A stretch of 64,000 nucleotides of DNA, taken from Candidatus Omnitrophota bacterium (lineage in GTDB: Bacteria; Omnitrophota; Gorgyraeia; Zapsychrales; Zapsychraceae). Of the stretch, positions 28,633-36,906 are shown one piece after another (position 1 is the stretch's first letter; each line of letters opens with the position of its first letter). The translations under genes and the position numbers were made by a program. The DNA lies in assembly GCA_020632495.1 (NCBI GenBank), contig JACKFL010000006.1:780032-844031 (forward strand). Direction: 5' to 3'. Below the pieces are notes generated by a model. The model was not told where the DNA came from. It saw only the letters and a list, made by a program, of their open reading frames with translations, and searched no databases.

Positions 28633-28660
28633 ACTGCACATAATACATCTTATGTTAAGT
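28633..28660. other. dif-like Xer recombination site
   Basis: ACTGCACATAA-TACATC-TTATGTTAAGT versus E. coli dif GGTGCGCATAA-TGTATA-TTATGTTAAAT. Left arm matches 8/11 and right (XerD) arm 10/11, with a 6-nt spacer. Inner arms form the perfect inverted repeat ACATAA/TTATGT. It lies in the AT-rich non-coding gap where + strand and - strand gene blocks converge. Confidence 0.55.
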
Positions 28661-28826
28661 AGAGGAGAGTGAAACCTGGATTTTCGAGGTTTAGATCAAA
28701 GTGGCTATTCTATATTGATTGATGGGATTTTTCGCTCTGTAACTTGAGCAATGATCTAGCGCGGAATCTTGGTTGGTGGCCTGACACCGCGATGCTTGTT
28801 CTGCGCTTGGATGTCAGACGTTTCGA

Positions 28827-29240
28827 TCAGTTGTCAAACGGCACGCTTTCCGGTTCTTTTTGGTGGGGTGTCATGGCTTCGACACGGGTGATTTCGATTT
28901 CCATGAGATGAAAGTTCGGGTCTTCCACACCGCCGAAATACTGTTTCAACATGGGAATGGTATCCCACAACAATTGCTTCCCTGCCTGGTCTTCAGATAT
29001 TTGAGCTTTTCCGGTAATGCGGGCGTACCACATCTTCCGGTCAACAAAGCATATCTCCACATGTGGATTGGCTTCCACCTGCGCGATCGTCCGTGATCGT
29101 CCGAGCATGGCAACCAGCAGACGGTTGTCATCCGTCAGATATGGCATCATCGGCCGGACGCGCGGCTGGTCTCCTTCCGTTGTCCCGAGAAATCCAAACC
29201 CTGTATCACGAATCAGATCGATTACATCCTCTTTGGTCAT
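28827..29240 (-). CDS. Pyridoxamine 5'-phosphate oxidase-like FMN-binding split-barrel protein
   Basis: Start taken at MTKEDVIDLIRDTGFGFLGTTEGDQPRVRPMMPYLTDDNRLLVAMLGRSRTIAQVEANPHVEICF. The longer ORF start at 29318 overlaps the xdhC-like gene. Confidence 0.7.
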   Translation of the reverse strand: MTKEDVIDLIRDTGFGFLGTTEGDQPRVRPMMPYLTDDNRLLVAMLGRSRTIAQVEANPHVEICFVDRKMWYARITGKAQISEDQAGKQLLWDTIPMLKQYFGGVEDPNFHLMEIEITRVEAMTPHQKEPESVPFDN

Positions 29241-29280
29241 CTTGTTCGTCCTTTTTTGAAGTTTTAGCGGATTAACCTTT

Positions 29281-30087
29281 TCAATCTTTGGTCCGGAATT
29301 TGTCGGTGCCGGTCGCATCCGGATTATTTCTGCGGATCAACTCCGCCGCGATGGATACGGCAATTTCAGCCGGGGTCTGGGCGCCGATATCGAGTCCGGC
29401 CGGGATGGATATCCTCTTTAGGTATTTTTCGGCCACGCCGTCCTCCCTCAAACGTCTGAAGAATTTGACTCGTTTGGCCTGGCTGGAAATGCAACCGAGA
29501 TAGCCGATCTCCGGCGCGCCAATGACTGCCTGCAGGGCCTCATAATCGTGTTCATTGCCGTGCGTTACGATCATAATGTCGGTGCGCCCGTCGATACGGC
29601 ATTTTTTTAATTGAGCGGCGGGTTTTCCGACCAGGATTTTGTCGGCCCAAGGCATCCTCTGCGGGTTGGCAAACGCCCGGCGGCTGTCGATAATCGTCAG
29701 TTGATAGTCCAGGCTTTTAACGATAAGCGAAAGCGGCAAGGCAATATGTCCCGCCCCGACGAGGATAAATTTGCGTGCCTGTTTGACCGGTTCGATAAAG
29801 ACACGGATTTGTCCCCCGCAGACCGATTCACCCTTTCGGCCGAAATAATCGTAGGTCATCAGACGGGTTTCGTTTTGGGTGATGGCTTCCAGGCAACGGG
29901 CAATGACGTCTTTTTCGTTGCGTCCCCCTCCAATCGTGCCGTGGGTCGAACCGTCATCGAAAACGATCATTTTGGCGCCGGCCTTGCGGGGCGTACCTTT
30001 TACGGTACTTTCCACGACTGTGGCAAAGGCACAACGCCGACCCGCCTTGATGGCGAGCCGGGCGTGATTGATGAAATCCTCATTCAT
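29281..30087 (-). CDS. XdhC/CoxI-family molybdenum-hydroxylase maturation protein
   Basis: CAFATVVESTVKGTPRKAGAKMIVFDDGSTHGTIGGG...ICGG-type VCGGQIRVFIEP...FILVGAGHIALPL...IVTHGNEHD. Confidence 0.85.
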   Translation of the reverse strand: MNEDFINHARLAIKAGRRCAFATVVESTVKGTPRKAGAKMIVFDDGSTHGTIGGGRNEKDVIARCLEAITQNETRLMTYDYFGRKGESVCGGQIRVFIEPVKQARKFILVGAGHIALPLSLIVKSLDYQLTIIDSRRAFANPQRMPWADKILVGKPAAQLKKCRIDGRTDIMIVTHGNEHDYEALQAVIGAPEIGYLGCISSQAKRVKFFRRLREDGVAEKYLKRISIPAGLDIGAQTPAEIAVSIAAELIRRNNPDATGTDKFRTKD

Positions 30088-30101
30088 GTGCGGAGGTGTG
30101 A

Positions 30102-30659
30102 TTACTGGACGACGTAAGCGTTGAAAATTTCCTGATTTTCGCGGGGACGATTGCCTTGTGCGGTGGGTACACTTTCCAGGGCCTTGACGACACTCATACC
30201 TTCCACGACTTCCCCGAATATGGTGTGTTTACCGTTCAACCATGGGGTCGGAACGGTTGTTATGAAGAATTGTGACCCGTTCGTATTGGGACCGGCGTTG
30301 GCCATGGCCAGCACCCCCGGCTTACTGAAGGTAACGTTCGGGCTGGTTTCATCGCGGAATTTACCGCCCCAAATACTCTCTCCGCCACGTCCGGTCCCCG
30401 TTGGATCGCCCCCCTGGATCATGAAGTTGGGGATAACACGGTGAAAAATCAGACCATTGTAAAATCCATTGTTCACATGTCCGACGAAATTCTCGACTGC
30501 TTTTGGGGCGACATCCGGGAACAGTTTCAATTGAATATCCCCTTGTGTGGTTTGCAAGATGACATAGATCTCATTTTGCGCGGCTGACTGGCGGGCGGTC
30601 AGGCCGATGACCAAAAATGCGGCTAATGTGATGAAAAGCACAGGGATCCACTTATTCAT
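30102..30659 (-). CDS. Cyclophilin-type peptidyl-prolyl isomerase, secreted
   Basis: Signal peptide, then [27 protein letters not shown]...[20 protein letters not shown]...[10 protein letters not shown]. Confidence 0.9.
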   Translation of the reverse strand: MNKWIPVLFITLAAFLVIGLTARQSAAQNEIYVILQTTQGDIQLKLFPDVAPKAVENFVGHVNNGFYNGLIFHRVIPNFMIQGGDPTGTGRGGESIWGGKFRDETSPNVTFSKPGVLAMANAGPNTNGSQFFITTVPTPWLNGKHTIFGEVVEGMSVVKALESVPTAQGNRPRENQEIFNAYVVQ

Positions 30660-30697
30660 GAGGACACATCCTTTGTTACGGGGTTTGCGAGAGATAA

Positions 30698-31954
30698 TTA
30701 AAACCGTTTGTCTTCCGATGACGAATCAGAACCGGGTGGTGGCGGCGGTGTTTGCGGGCCTTCGGCGGGGGGCCGCTGAGTGGCTGCGGGTCCCCGTCCG
30801 TCGTCCGCACCTGCTTTCGGATTCTGATCTTGGGGTAAGTTTACCATAGGATCAGGGTCAGGGGAACCATCTTTTCGTACGGCCTCCTCCCTGTCGTTTT
30901 GTTCGTTTAAATTGCCGGGAGGGGGGCTTTGAGGGGGGTTTTGGCCCTTTCGGACGTCGCCCGGCGATTCTTTTAACTGGGCATTCTTGCGCTGAATCTC
31001 CTCCTCCAGGATGTGAACCTTATCCCGCAGCTGTTGTGCCTGGACTTTTTGCTGCTCTGTCTCCATTTGAGCGTTTTTCAGCGTGTGCTGCAGGTCCCGG
31101 GCGTGATCCTTGACGTCCTGGATCTCGTTTTCGAGAAGTGCTTTGAGCTTGAAGAAATCATCACGATTTTGTTTCTCGTTGGCCAATTGAGACTCAGCCT
31201 GGGCGAACTTACTGCTCTTTTCCTGAAAAAGCTTGTCCAGACGCTCGTATTTTTGCTTCCATTCATCCAGCTGGACCGTGGCCAGGAGCTCGCGTTGACG
31301 TGACGACGCATCACTTTGCCTTCCTCCGGCCGCTGATTTCGTCTGTTGAAATTCCTCTTCAATCGGGAGAACCGGCTGGGCGTTTGCGGGTCCCGGCGCA
31401 GGTGCGGCGGGCTGTGGCGGCGGAGATGCTCCGAGGGGGCTCCCCACAGAGGGCGATGCGGGCGGTTTATGGGTAGTCATGGCCGCCGTGCCTTCGGAAG
31501 GGCCTTGTGAGGATATTTCAGTTTCTTTCTTCTGCAGGCCGGGAAATGTCGTAGGGCGCGGGATATCGTCCAGCGGGCTGGGTTTGGATTTGTGCAGACT
31601 GAGCTTACCTAAAAAAGACTTTTTCTTCGGCTTATCCTCGGGCAGATCCGGCGCGGCTTCAATGGCATCCAGCCGTACGGGGGATTCAGCGCCTTTTTGT
31701 CCCCCGAACAGTCCCTGTAAAGCGACGCGCGGCCTTTTGGGTTTCGCTGATTTCTTGGGCGGGGCCTGCGTGGCGGTTCCGCCTTGCCTGTTTTTCAGTG
31801 TTTCTGTCGCGGGATCGTAATTCTTGAGTTCATCCGGTGAGAGTTTTTGGATGCCGGCGTTAGCGGCGGCTTCCTGCTGTAATATCCACAGGGCCACCAT
31901 AATGCCTAGGACACAAACGCCACATACGATAAAAAAGATTGTCGTTAATGTCAA
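30698..31954 (-). CDS. Membrane-anchored proline-rich / coiled-coil protein, unknown function
   Basis: N-terminal [27 protein letters not shown]. Pro/Ala/Ser-rich linker. About 130-aa heptad-like segment ([108 protein letters not shown]). Pro-rich tail. Confidence 0.55.
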   Translation of the reverse strand: MTLTTIFFIVCGVCVLGIMVALWILQQEAAANAGIQKLSPDELKNYDPATETLKNRQGGTATQAPPKKSAKPKRPRVALQGLFGGQKGAESPVRLDAIEAAPDLPEDKPKKKSFLGKLSLHKSKPSPLDDIPRPTTFPGLQKKETEISSQGPSEGTAAMTTHKPPASPSVGSPLGASPPPQPAAPAPGPANAQPVLPIEEEFQQTKSAAGGRQSDASSRQRELLATVQLDEWKQKYERLDKLFQEKSSKFAQAESQLANEKQNRDDFFKLKALLENEIQDVKDHARDLQHTLKNAQMETEQQKVQAQQLRDKVHILEEEIQRKNAQLKESPGDVRKGQNPPQSPPPGNLNEQNDREEAVRKDGSPDPDPMVNLPQDQNPKAGADDGRGPAATQRPPAEGPQTPPPPPGSDSSSEDKRF

Positions 31955-31999
31955 GGTGAGTTATCTCCTGCGGTTGGCCTGGGCCATGATGTGGCCTGT

Positions 32000-32029
32000 T
32001 TGACAGAACGGTCATGACAGCGTTATACT
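32000..32029 (+). promoter_or_regulatory. Sigma-70-type promoter TTGACA-N18-TATACT placed for a leaderless or near-leaderless mocA-like transcript
   Basis: The -10 hexamer ends at 32029 and the ATG is at 32036, so the expected start site (about 7 nt after the -10) coincides with the start codon. No SD sequence is possible. Confidence 0.45.
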
Positions 32030-32035
32030 GTGCGC

Positions 32036-32629
32036 ATGTTGGCATGCATTGTATTAGCTGCGGGACAAAGTCAGCGATTCGGAAAACCGAAAGCCGTGAC
32101 CGATATCGACGGGCGCCCTCTGATTCAGTTGTTGCAAGAGACAGTGCTGGCCGCGGATTGTGAGGAACTGATCGTCGTGCTAGGGGCGCGATCCGAAGAA
32201 ATTGAACCGCTTCTATTAAATCACAGCCGGGTAAACGTTGTCCATAACAAAGATCACAAATTTGGTCAAACTTCTTCATTTCAGTGTGGTTTACGTCAGT
32301 TGAGCAAAGCGGTTACGGGTGTCTGGTTGCTGCCGGTTGATTATCCGTTTTTGCGCCGCGCGACTCTGGTCCGGCTACGTGAAATGGCAGCACAACATCC
32401 CGCCGATATCGTGATCCCGACATATGACGGAAAACGGGGCCATCCGCCTTGGTTTCCGGCCGATCTCATCGATGAATTTCTGGCGCTGGATCCCGGCCTC
32501 GGACTGAACACGGTCCAACACGGTCACCAGGACCGTTGCCGCGACTGTCCGGTCGATGATCCCGGCGTGATTGCCACCTTCAACACGCCGGCGGAATTGG
32601 CTGCCTGGCGAGCCAAGCTCAAACGATAA
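32036..32629 (+). CDS. mocA: MobA-like NTP transferase (molybdenum cofactor cytidylyltransferase MocA-like)
   Basis: MLACIVLAAGQSQRFGKPKAVTDIDGRPLIQ...LPVDYPFL...GKRGHPPWF. Divergent from a molybdenum hydroxylase cluster. A GTG at 32030 is an alternative start. Confidence 0.75.
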   Translation: MLACIVLAAGQSQRFGKPKAVTDIDGRPLIQLLQETVLAADCEELIVVLGARSEEIEPLLLNHSRVNVVHNKDHKFGQTSSFQCGLRQLSKAVTGVWLLPVDYPFLRRATLVRLREMAAQHPADIVIPTYDGKRGHPPWFPADLIDEFLALDPGLGLNTVQHGHQDRCRDCPVDDPGVIATFNTPAELAAWRAKLKR

Positions 32630-32642
32630 TTGCGGATAAAAA

Positions 32643-32690
32643 AACAGGCATTTTCCCGCAAGCGTGAAGCTGCGCGTGAAAATGCCTGTT
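32643..32690. terminator. Hairpin between convergent genes (13-bp perfect stem), U-run on the minus-strand side
   Basis: AACAGGCATTTTC (32643..32655) pairs with GAAAATGCCTGTT (32678..32690). The A-run at 32632-32642 gives a T-run after the hairpin on the - strand. Confidence 0.7.
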
Positions 32691-32711
32691 GGAATTGTTA
32701 TGACCGGCGGA

Positions 32712-33089
32712 TTATTTCAAGATGACGACCGTGGCCCGGAAGTTGGCCCGGACATAGGCGTTGCCGATGATGTCTTGGGCCGGAAGCCGTTTCCATTCAC
32801 CGGTGGCATCACTTTGAAGGTTGGTGATGACATCTCCCCCCATGATGGCCGTTTCACGTTTCATCCGTTCGATGATCTCGTCAATCTTTTGCCGGCGTTC
32901 GGAGTTGACCGTCACGTACCCGATCACCTCATGCGGCTTGTCGACCTTTTCCTGATAGACGATGCCCTGAGTGCTATCTTTGGGAGGATAGTAATTCAGG
33001 CTCGTCTCTTCCGAGGTGACGTTGTACAGGCTGCAGCCGGAAGCGGCTGCGGTCAAAACTAGCAGCAAAAATACTGTCGGTGTTCTCAT
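32712..33089 (-). CDS. Small lipoprotein, translationally coupled to the Mo-hydroxylase large subunit
   Basis: MRTPTVFLLLVLTAAASGC (lipobox). ATGA overlap with the stop of the upstream 778-aa gene. Confidence 0.6.
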   Translation of the reverse strand: MRTPTVFLLLVLTAAASGCSLYNVTSEETSLNYYPPKDSTQGIVYQEKVDKPHEVIGYVTVNSERRQKIDEIIERMKRETAIMGGDVITNLQSDATGEWKRLPAQDIIGNAYVRANFRATVVILK

Positions 33090-35422
33090 GTCTCGTTCTC
33101 CTGTTGCTCTTTTTCTTGCAGCGCTTTTATGATCTTGTCGGGTGTAATGGGCAGCTCCCGGATGCGGACGCCGATAGCGTCTTCGATGGCGTTGGCGATG
33201 GCGGCCGATGTCGGCAGCAAGGACGCCTCTCCCATCCCTTTGGCCCCGAACGGGCCTTCAGGATCATCTGTCTCGACGAGAATGGACTCCATTTCCGGGA
33301 TACCCATGGTGCGGGGCAGCCGATAATTCGCGAAATTTCCGTTGGCCGGACGCCCCTTTTTGTCGAAATGGAGGTTCTCCAAAAATGTGTAGCCGATCCC
33401 CATCGCCAGGGATCCCTCAATTTGTCCCTCTACCGACTGGGGATTGATGGCCTTACCGATATCGTGTGCGTCCCACAGTTTCAGGATCGTTACCTCACCA
33501 GTCCCGGTGTCCACCTCCACTTCGGCTATCTGGGCCTCAAAACCGTAGCTTCCCGAGACATTGCCCTCTCCCGTCCGGAAATCGATCGGTGTGGTCTTGG
33601 GATTATAACTCCCCCGGCCGATAATCTGACGGCCGTAGCGGAATGAGTAGGCCAGTTCCAATGCCTTGTCGAAGTCCATAATCACTTCACCGCTGGTAGT
33701 GACGATGACCTCCTCAGCGCGGATATCCAGATCATCACAGGCGAGATTCTTTTCTTCACTGACCACCTTCAGAATCTGTTGCTTCGCGTCCCTGGCCGCC
33801 AGGATCGTCGCATTTCCGGAGATGAAAGTCACCCGCGAAGCGAAACTGCCGGTGTCAAACGGTGTGATCTCGGTATCCCCGGATTTGCATTTGATCCGGC
33901 CATAGCTGACACCCAGCTCCTGCGCGGCGATTTGCGAGAGTGCCGTGTTGGAGCCTTGGCCGGTGTCCGCCGCCCCGGTGAACAGATAAACGGATCCGTC
34001 CTCTTCGACTTTGACGATCGATCCGGCGGATTCATGCGATTTGTACATCTTTGATCCCATGACGTCGGCCGCGATGCCGATGCCGATGCCGCGTTTTTTT
34101 GCGCGCTGTTGTCCTTTTTTCTTGGTCCACTCCGCCGAGGCGCAGGCCCGTTCGATGCATTCACGCAGGCCGTTGGTGGTGAGCTTCATTTGATTGATAG
34201 TCGTCATGTTCGGACCGGTGATATTACGCAGACGAAATTCAACCGGATCGAGGCCGACACCGGCGGCCAGCATGTCCATATGCGATTCGATCGCGAACCC
34301 GGCCTGCACCCCGCCGAAACCGCGCATCGCCCCGCTGATCGGTGTGTTGGTATAGACCCGGTAACCGGTGACGCGGAAATGTTCAATCCGGTACACCATA
34401 AAGATGCGCATGATGGCGGCGGCCAGGACCGTCGGGCCGTAGCTGCAGTACGCGCCGCCGTCGGCGATCACCTCGCCGGTTATGGCGACCAGGGTCCCGT
34501 CCTTTTTGACGCCGGACTTCAGTCGATAGATCATGCCGTGCTTGCGGCGGGAAGCGAGAAATTCCTCCTCCCTGCTGTAGCAAATTTTGACCGGCAGTCC
34601 GCCGGCTTTCTTTGAAAGCAGGCACGCCGCAAAATCCATCGGGAGCATTTCCAGTTTACCGCCGAAACCTCCTCCGACGGCAAGCTTGATGACGCGTACG
34701 TCATTCAGGTCCATCTTCAAAGTCTTGGCCAGGGCCTCCCGGCATTTGAACGGGGCCTGGCTTGAGGCCCAGAGCGTAACTTTATTGGAAAATGTCTCCC
34801 ATTGTCCGACGCACACATGCGGTTCCATGGCGGTTTGATGAGCGGCCGGAGCGTAAAACTCGTCTTCGCGGATGTAGTCGGCCTCCTTCAGCGCGCGGTC
34901 GGGGTTGCCGAAATTGACCGGCAGAATAACGGCGATATTGTTGAGTGATTCGTGGATAAGCGGCGCGCCCGGCTTCATGGCCTCCCGGACGTCGACAACG
35001 TGCGGGAGTTTTTCATATTCCACCTTGATAAGTTTTAACGCCTGGTCCGCGGTTTCCTCATCAACGGCCGCCACCGCGCCGAATTCGTCGCCGATGTAGC
35101 GCACCCTGTCCGCTTCCAGAGCCATCTGGTCGATGGTGTGCGGAAAGAAATATTCGTTCGAACCGAACTTAATATTGTGCGTGTCTTTGGCCGTCACGAT
35201 CGCGCGCACGCCCGGCAATTTCTCGGCCTCAGAGGTATCGATGCTGAGGATCTTGGCGTGGGGATGCGGTGAGCGCAGCATTTTGCCGATGAGCATATTA
35301 GGAAAGCTGACGTCAAAGGCGTATTTGGTCTGGCCGGTGACCATCCCTAATCCGTCGATGCGTGGCACGCTTTTTCCCACCGGATCGACATACTCTTTTT
35401 TATGATCGACTTTGATATTCAT
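33086..35422 (-). CDS. Xanthine dehydrogenase / aldehyde oxidoreductase family molybdopterin-binding large subunit
   Basis: 778 aa. VPRIDGLGMVTGQTKYAFD, GGGFGGKLE, GAMRGFGGVQ, PFGAKGMGEASLLPTSAAIANAI. Confidence 0.9.
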   Translation of the reverse strand: MNIKVDHKKEYVDPVGKSVPRIDGLGMVTGQTKYAFDVSFPNMLIGKMLRSPHPHAKILSIDTSEAEKLPGVRAIVTAKDTHNIKFGSNEYFFPHTIDQMALEADRVRYIGDEFGAVAAVDEETADQALKLIKVEYEKLPHVVDVREAMKPGAPLIHESLNNIAVILPVNFGNPDRALKEADYIREDEFYAPAAHQTAMEPHVCVGQWETFSNKVTLWASSQAPFKCREALAKTLKMDLNDVRVIKLAVGGGFGGKLEMLPMDFAACLLSKKAGGLPVKICYSREEEFLASRRKHGMIYRLKSGVKKDGTLVAITGEVIADGGAYCSYGPTVLAAAIMRIFMVYRIEHFRVTGYRVYTNTPISGAMRGFGGVQAGFAIESHMDMLAAGVGLDPVEFRLRNITGPNMTTINQMKLTTNGLRECIERACASAEWTKKKGQQRAKKRGIGIGIAADVMGSKMYKSHESAGSIVKVEEDGSVYLFTGAADTGQGSNTALSQIAAQELGVSYGRIKCKSGDTEITPFDTGSFASRVTFISGNATILAARDAKQQILKVVSEEKNLACDDLDIRAEEVIVTTSGEVIMDFDKALELAYSFRYGRQIIGRGSYNPKTTPIDFRTGEGNVSGSYGFEAQIAEVEVDTGTGEVTILKLWDAHDIGKAINPQSVEGQIEGSLAMGIGYTFLENLHFDKKGRPANGNFANYRLPRTMGIPEMESILVETDDPEGPFGAKGMGEASLLPTSAAIANAIEDAIGVRIRELPITPDKIIKALQEKEQQENET

Positions 35423-35425
35423 AGG

Positions 35426-35950
35426 TCAACTCGCTGACTTCGTTTCCGCGGAACGCGGCGTGTTCGCAGGTTTCTGTCCCTGTCCGGCCATCTTCTCTCC
35501 GGCCTCCTCAATGGCCTCGATAATCTTCAGATAACCGGCGCAGCGGCACAGGTTGCCGTCCAGGGCGTAATCGATCTCGGCCCGCGTCGGCCGCGGGTTG
35601 ACGTCCAGCAGGGCCTTGGCCGACATAATGATCCCCGGAATGCAGAAGCCGCATTGGACCGCCCCCTTGTCCAGAAAGGCCTGCTGCAACGGGTGCAGCG
35701 TGTCTCCGTCCGCCAGCCCTTCGATGGTGGTGATCCGCGCGCCGGTGCAGGCGGCGGCCAGCGAAATGCATGACAGCACGGCGCTGCCGTTAATCGCCAC
35801 CGTACACAAACCGCACTCGGACTCTTCACAGCCGGTCTTGGTCCCGGTGAGCCCCAGGTTATCCCGCAACACTTCCAGCAGGGTTTCGTTTCCGCGCAGG
35901 GTCAGCGGATAATCGCGGCCGTTAATATTTAGAGTGACGTCTTTACTCAT
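35426..35950 (-). CDS. (2Fe-2S)-binding small subunit of molybdenum hydroxylase
   Basis: GCEESECGLCTV...SC (plant-type cluster) and QCGFCIPG...NLCRCAGY (second cluster). Confidence 0.9.
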   Translation of the reverse strand: MSKDVTLNINGRDYPLTLRGNETLLEVLRDNLGLTGTKTGCEESECGLCTVAINGSAVLSCISLAAACTGARITTIEGLADGDTLHPLQQAFLDKGAVQCGFCIPGIIMSAKALLDVNPRPTRAEIDYALDGNLCRCAGYLKIIEAIEEAGEKMAGQGQKPANTPRSAETKSAS

Positions 35951-36791
35951 CGTTGATCAGCTCCCCGATGGCCTCCCGCAGATATAACCGGAAGAGGTGT
36001 GTTTTGTAGTCGCTTCCGCGTTTGGCGTAAATCTCCCCGGTCAAATGATCCAGGGCGGCCGCCGGCAGGTCCGGTCCGGCCGGCGCGGTATTCAGAAATT
36101 CTTCCAGCGCGGCATCGCGTTGCGCAAACTCGACGCAGTTATTGACCGCGACCCGGCAGTCTTCCAGGGATGCCTTTCCCCTGCCCGCGGAAATGATCAG
36201 CGACAACATCGGGATATCCACGAACTGCGACTTTTTGGCGCGCCGGTAGGCGCAGCGCCGGTCTGTGATCAGCGGGAACCGGACGGCCGTCAACAACTTG
36301 TCGGTCTTGGCCTGCCCGGAAAAGAACTCTTGGGGATCGACCGCGGTCTCATTCATCGCGGAGTCCACAAAATACAAGCTTGCCTGGAGTCCGAGGCTTA
36401 CCGCCGGCATTTCGGTCCACGTGTAGCGGCAGGTCAGATTGCCGCCGATAGTAGCCATGTTGCGAATCGGTTGCGTTGAGATATTACGGCATACCGTCTT
36501 GAGGACCGGCAGGTGCTCAGCGACCAGCGGATGGTCGAAGATCTCGGCGATGGTCGTCATGGCCCCGATGCGCAATCCGTCCCGGTCCAGCGTGATCCCG
36601 CGCAATTCAGTGATATGCTGCAGGGTGATGACATGATCCGGCGTCCGCGCACCGTTGCGCTTCAGCAATTTCAGCTGGTTCAGCAGAAATGTCCCCCCGG
36701 CATGAAGCCTGACGTGTTCAAGTTCGGCCATCAGGCGGACGGCCTCGCTCAACGACGTGGGGGCGTGAAATGTGAGTGGATTGAGTAGCAT
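35943..36791 (-). CDS. FAD-binding (CoxM/XdhB-like) medium subunit of molybdenum hydroxylase
   Basis: Start taken at MLLNPLTFHAPTSLSEAVRLMAE...HAGGTFLL...IRNMATIGGNL. The upstream part of ORF 35943..36962 is Arg/Trp-rich, has no homology signal and overlaps the CPBP gene. Confidence 0.85.
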   Translation of the reverse strand: MLLNPLTFHAPTSLSEAVRLMAELEHVRLHAGGTFLLNQLKLLKRNGARTPDHVITLQHITELRGITLDRDGLRIGAMTTIAEIFDHPLVAEHLPVLKTVCRNISTQPIRNMATIGGNLTCRYTWTEMPAVSLGLQASLYFVDSAMNETAVDPQEFFSGQAKTDKLLTAVRFPLITDRRCAYRRAKKSQFVDIPMLSLIISAGRGKASLEDCRVAVNNCVEFAQRDAALEEFLNTAPAGPDLPAAALDHLTGEIYAKRGSDYKTHLFRLYLREAIGELINDE

Positions 36792-36849
36792 CGCTTCGTC
36801 GGTTTTTTGACTATCTGATCGTGTTGTCGCGGAGTGAGAACGTTGCCCT

Positions 36850-36877
36850 AGTATATCAAAAATAGCTGTGCGTGCAA
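36850..36877 (-). promoter_or_regulatory. Candidate sigma-70 promoter for the Mo-hydroxylase operon
   Basis: On the - strand: TTGCAC-N16-TATACT, about 55 nt upstream of the ATG at 36791. Confidence 0.45.
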
Positions 36878-36906
36878 GGAATTCGGGGGCCTCCGGCGGC
36901 GGACGC

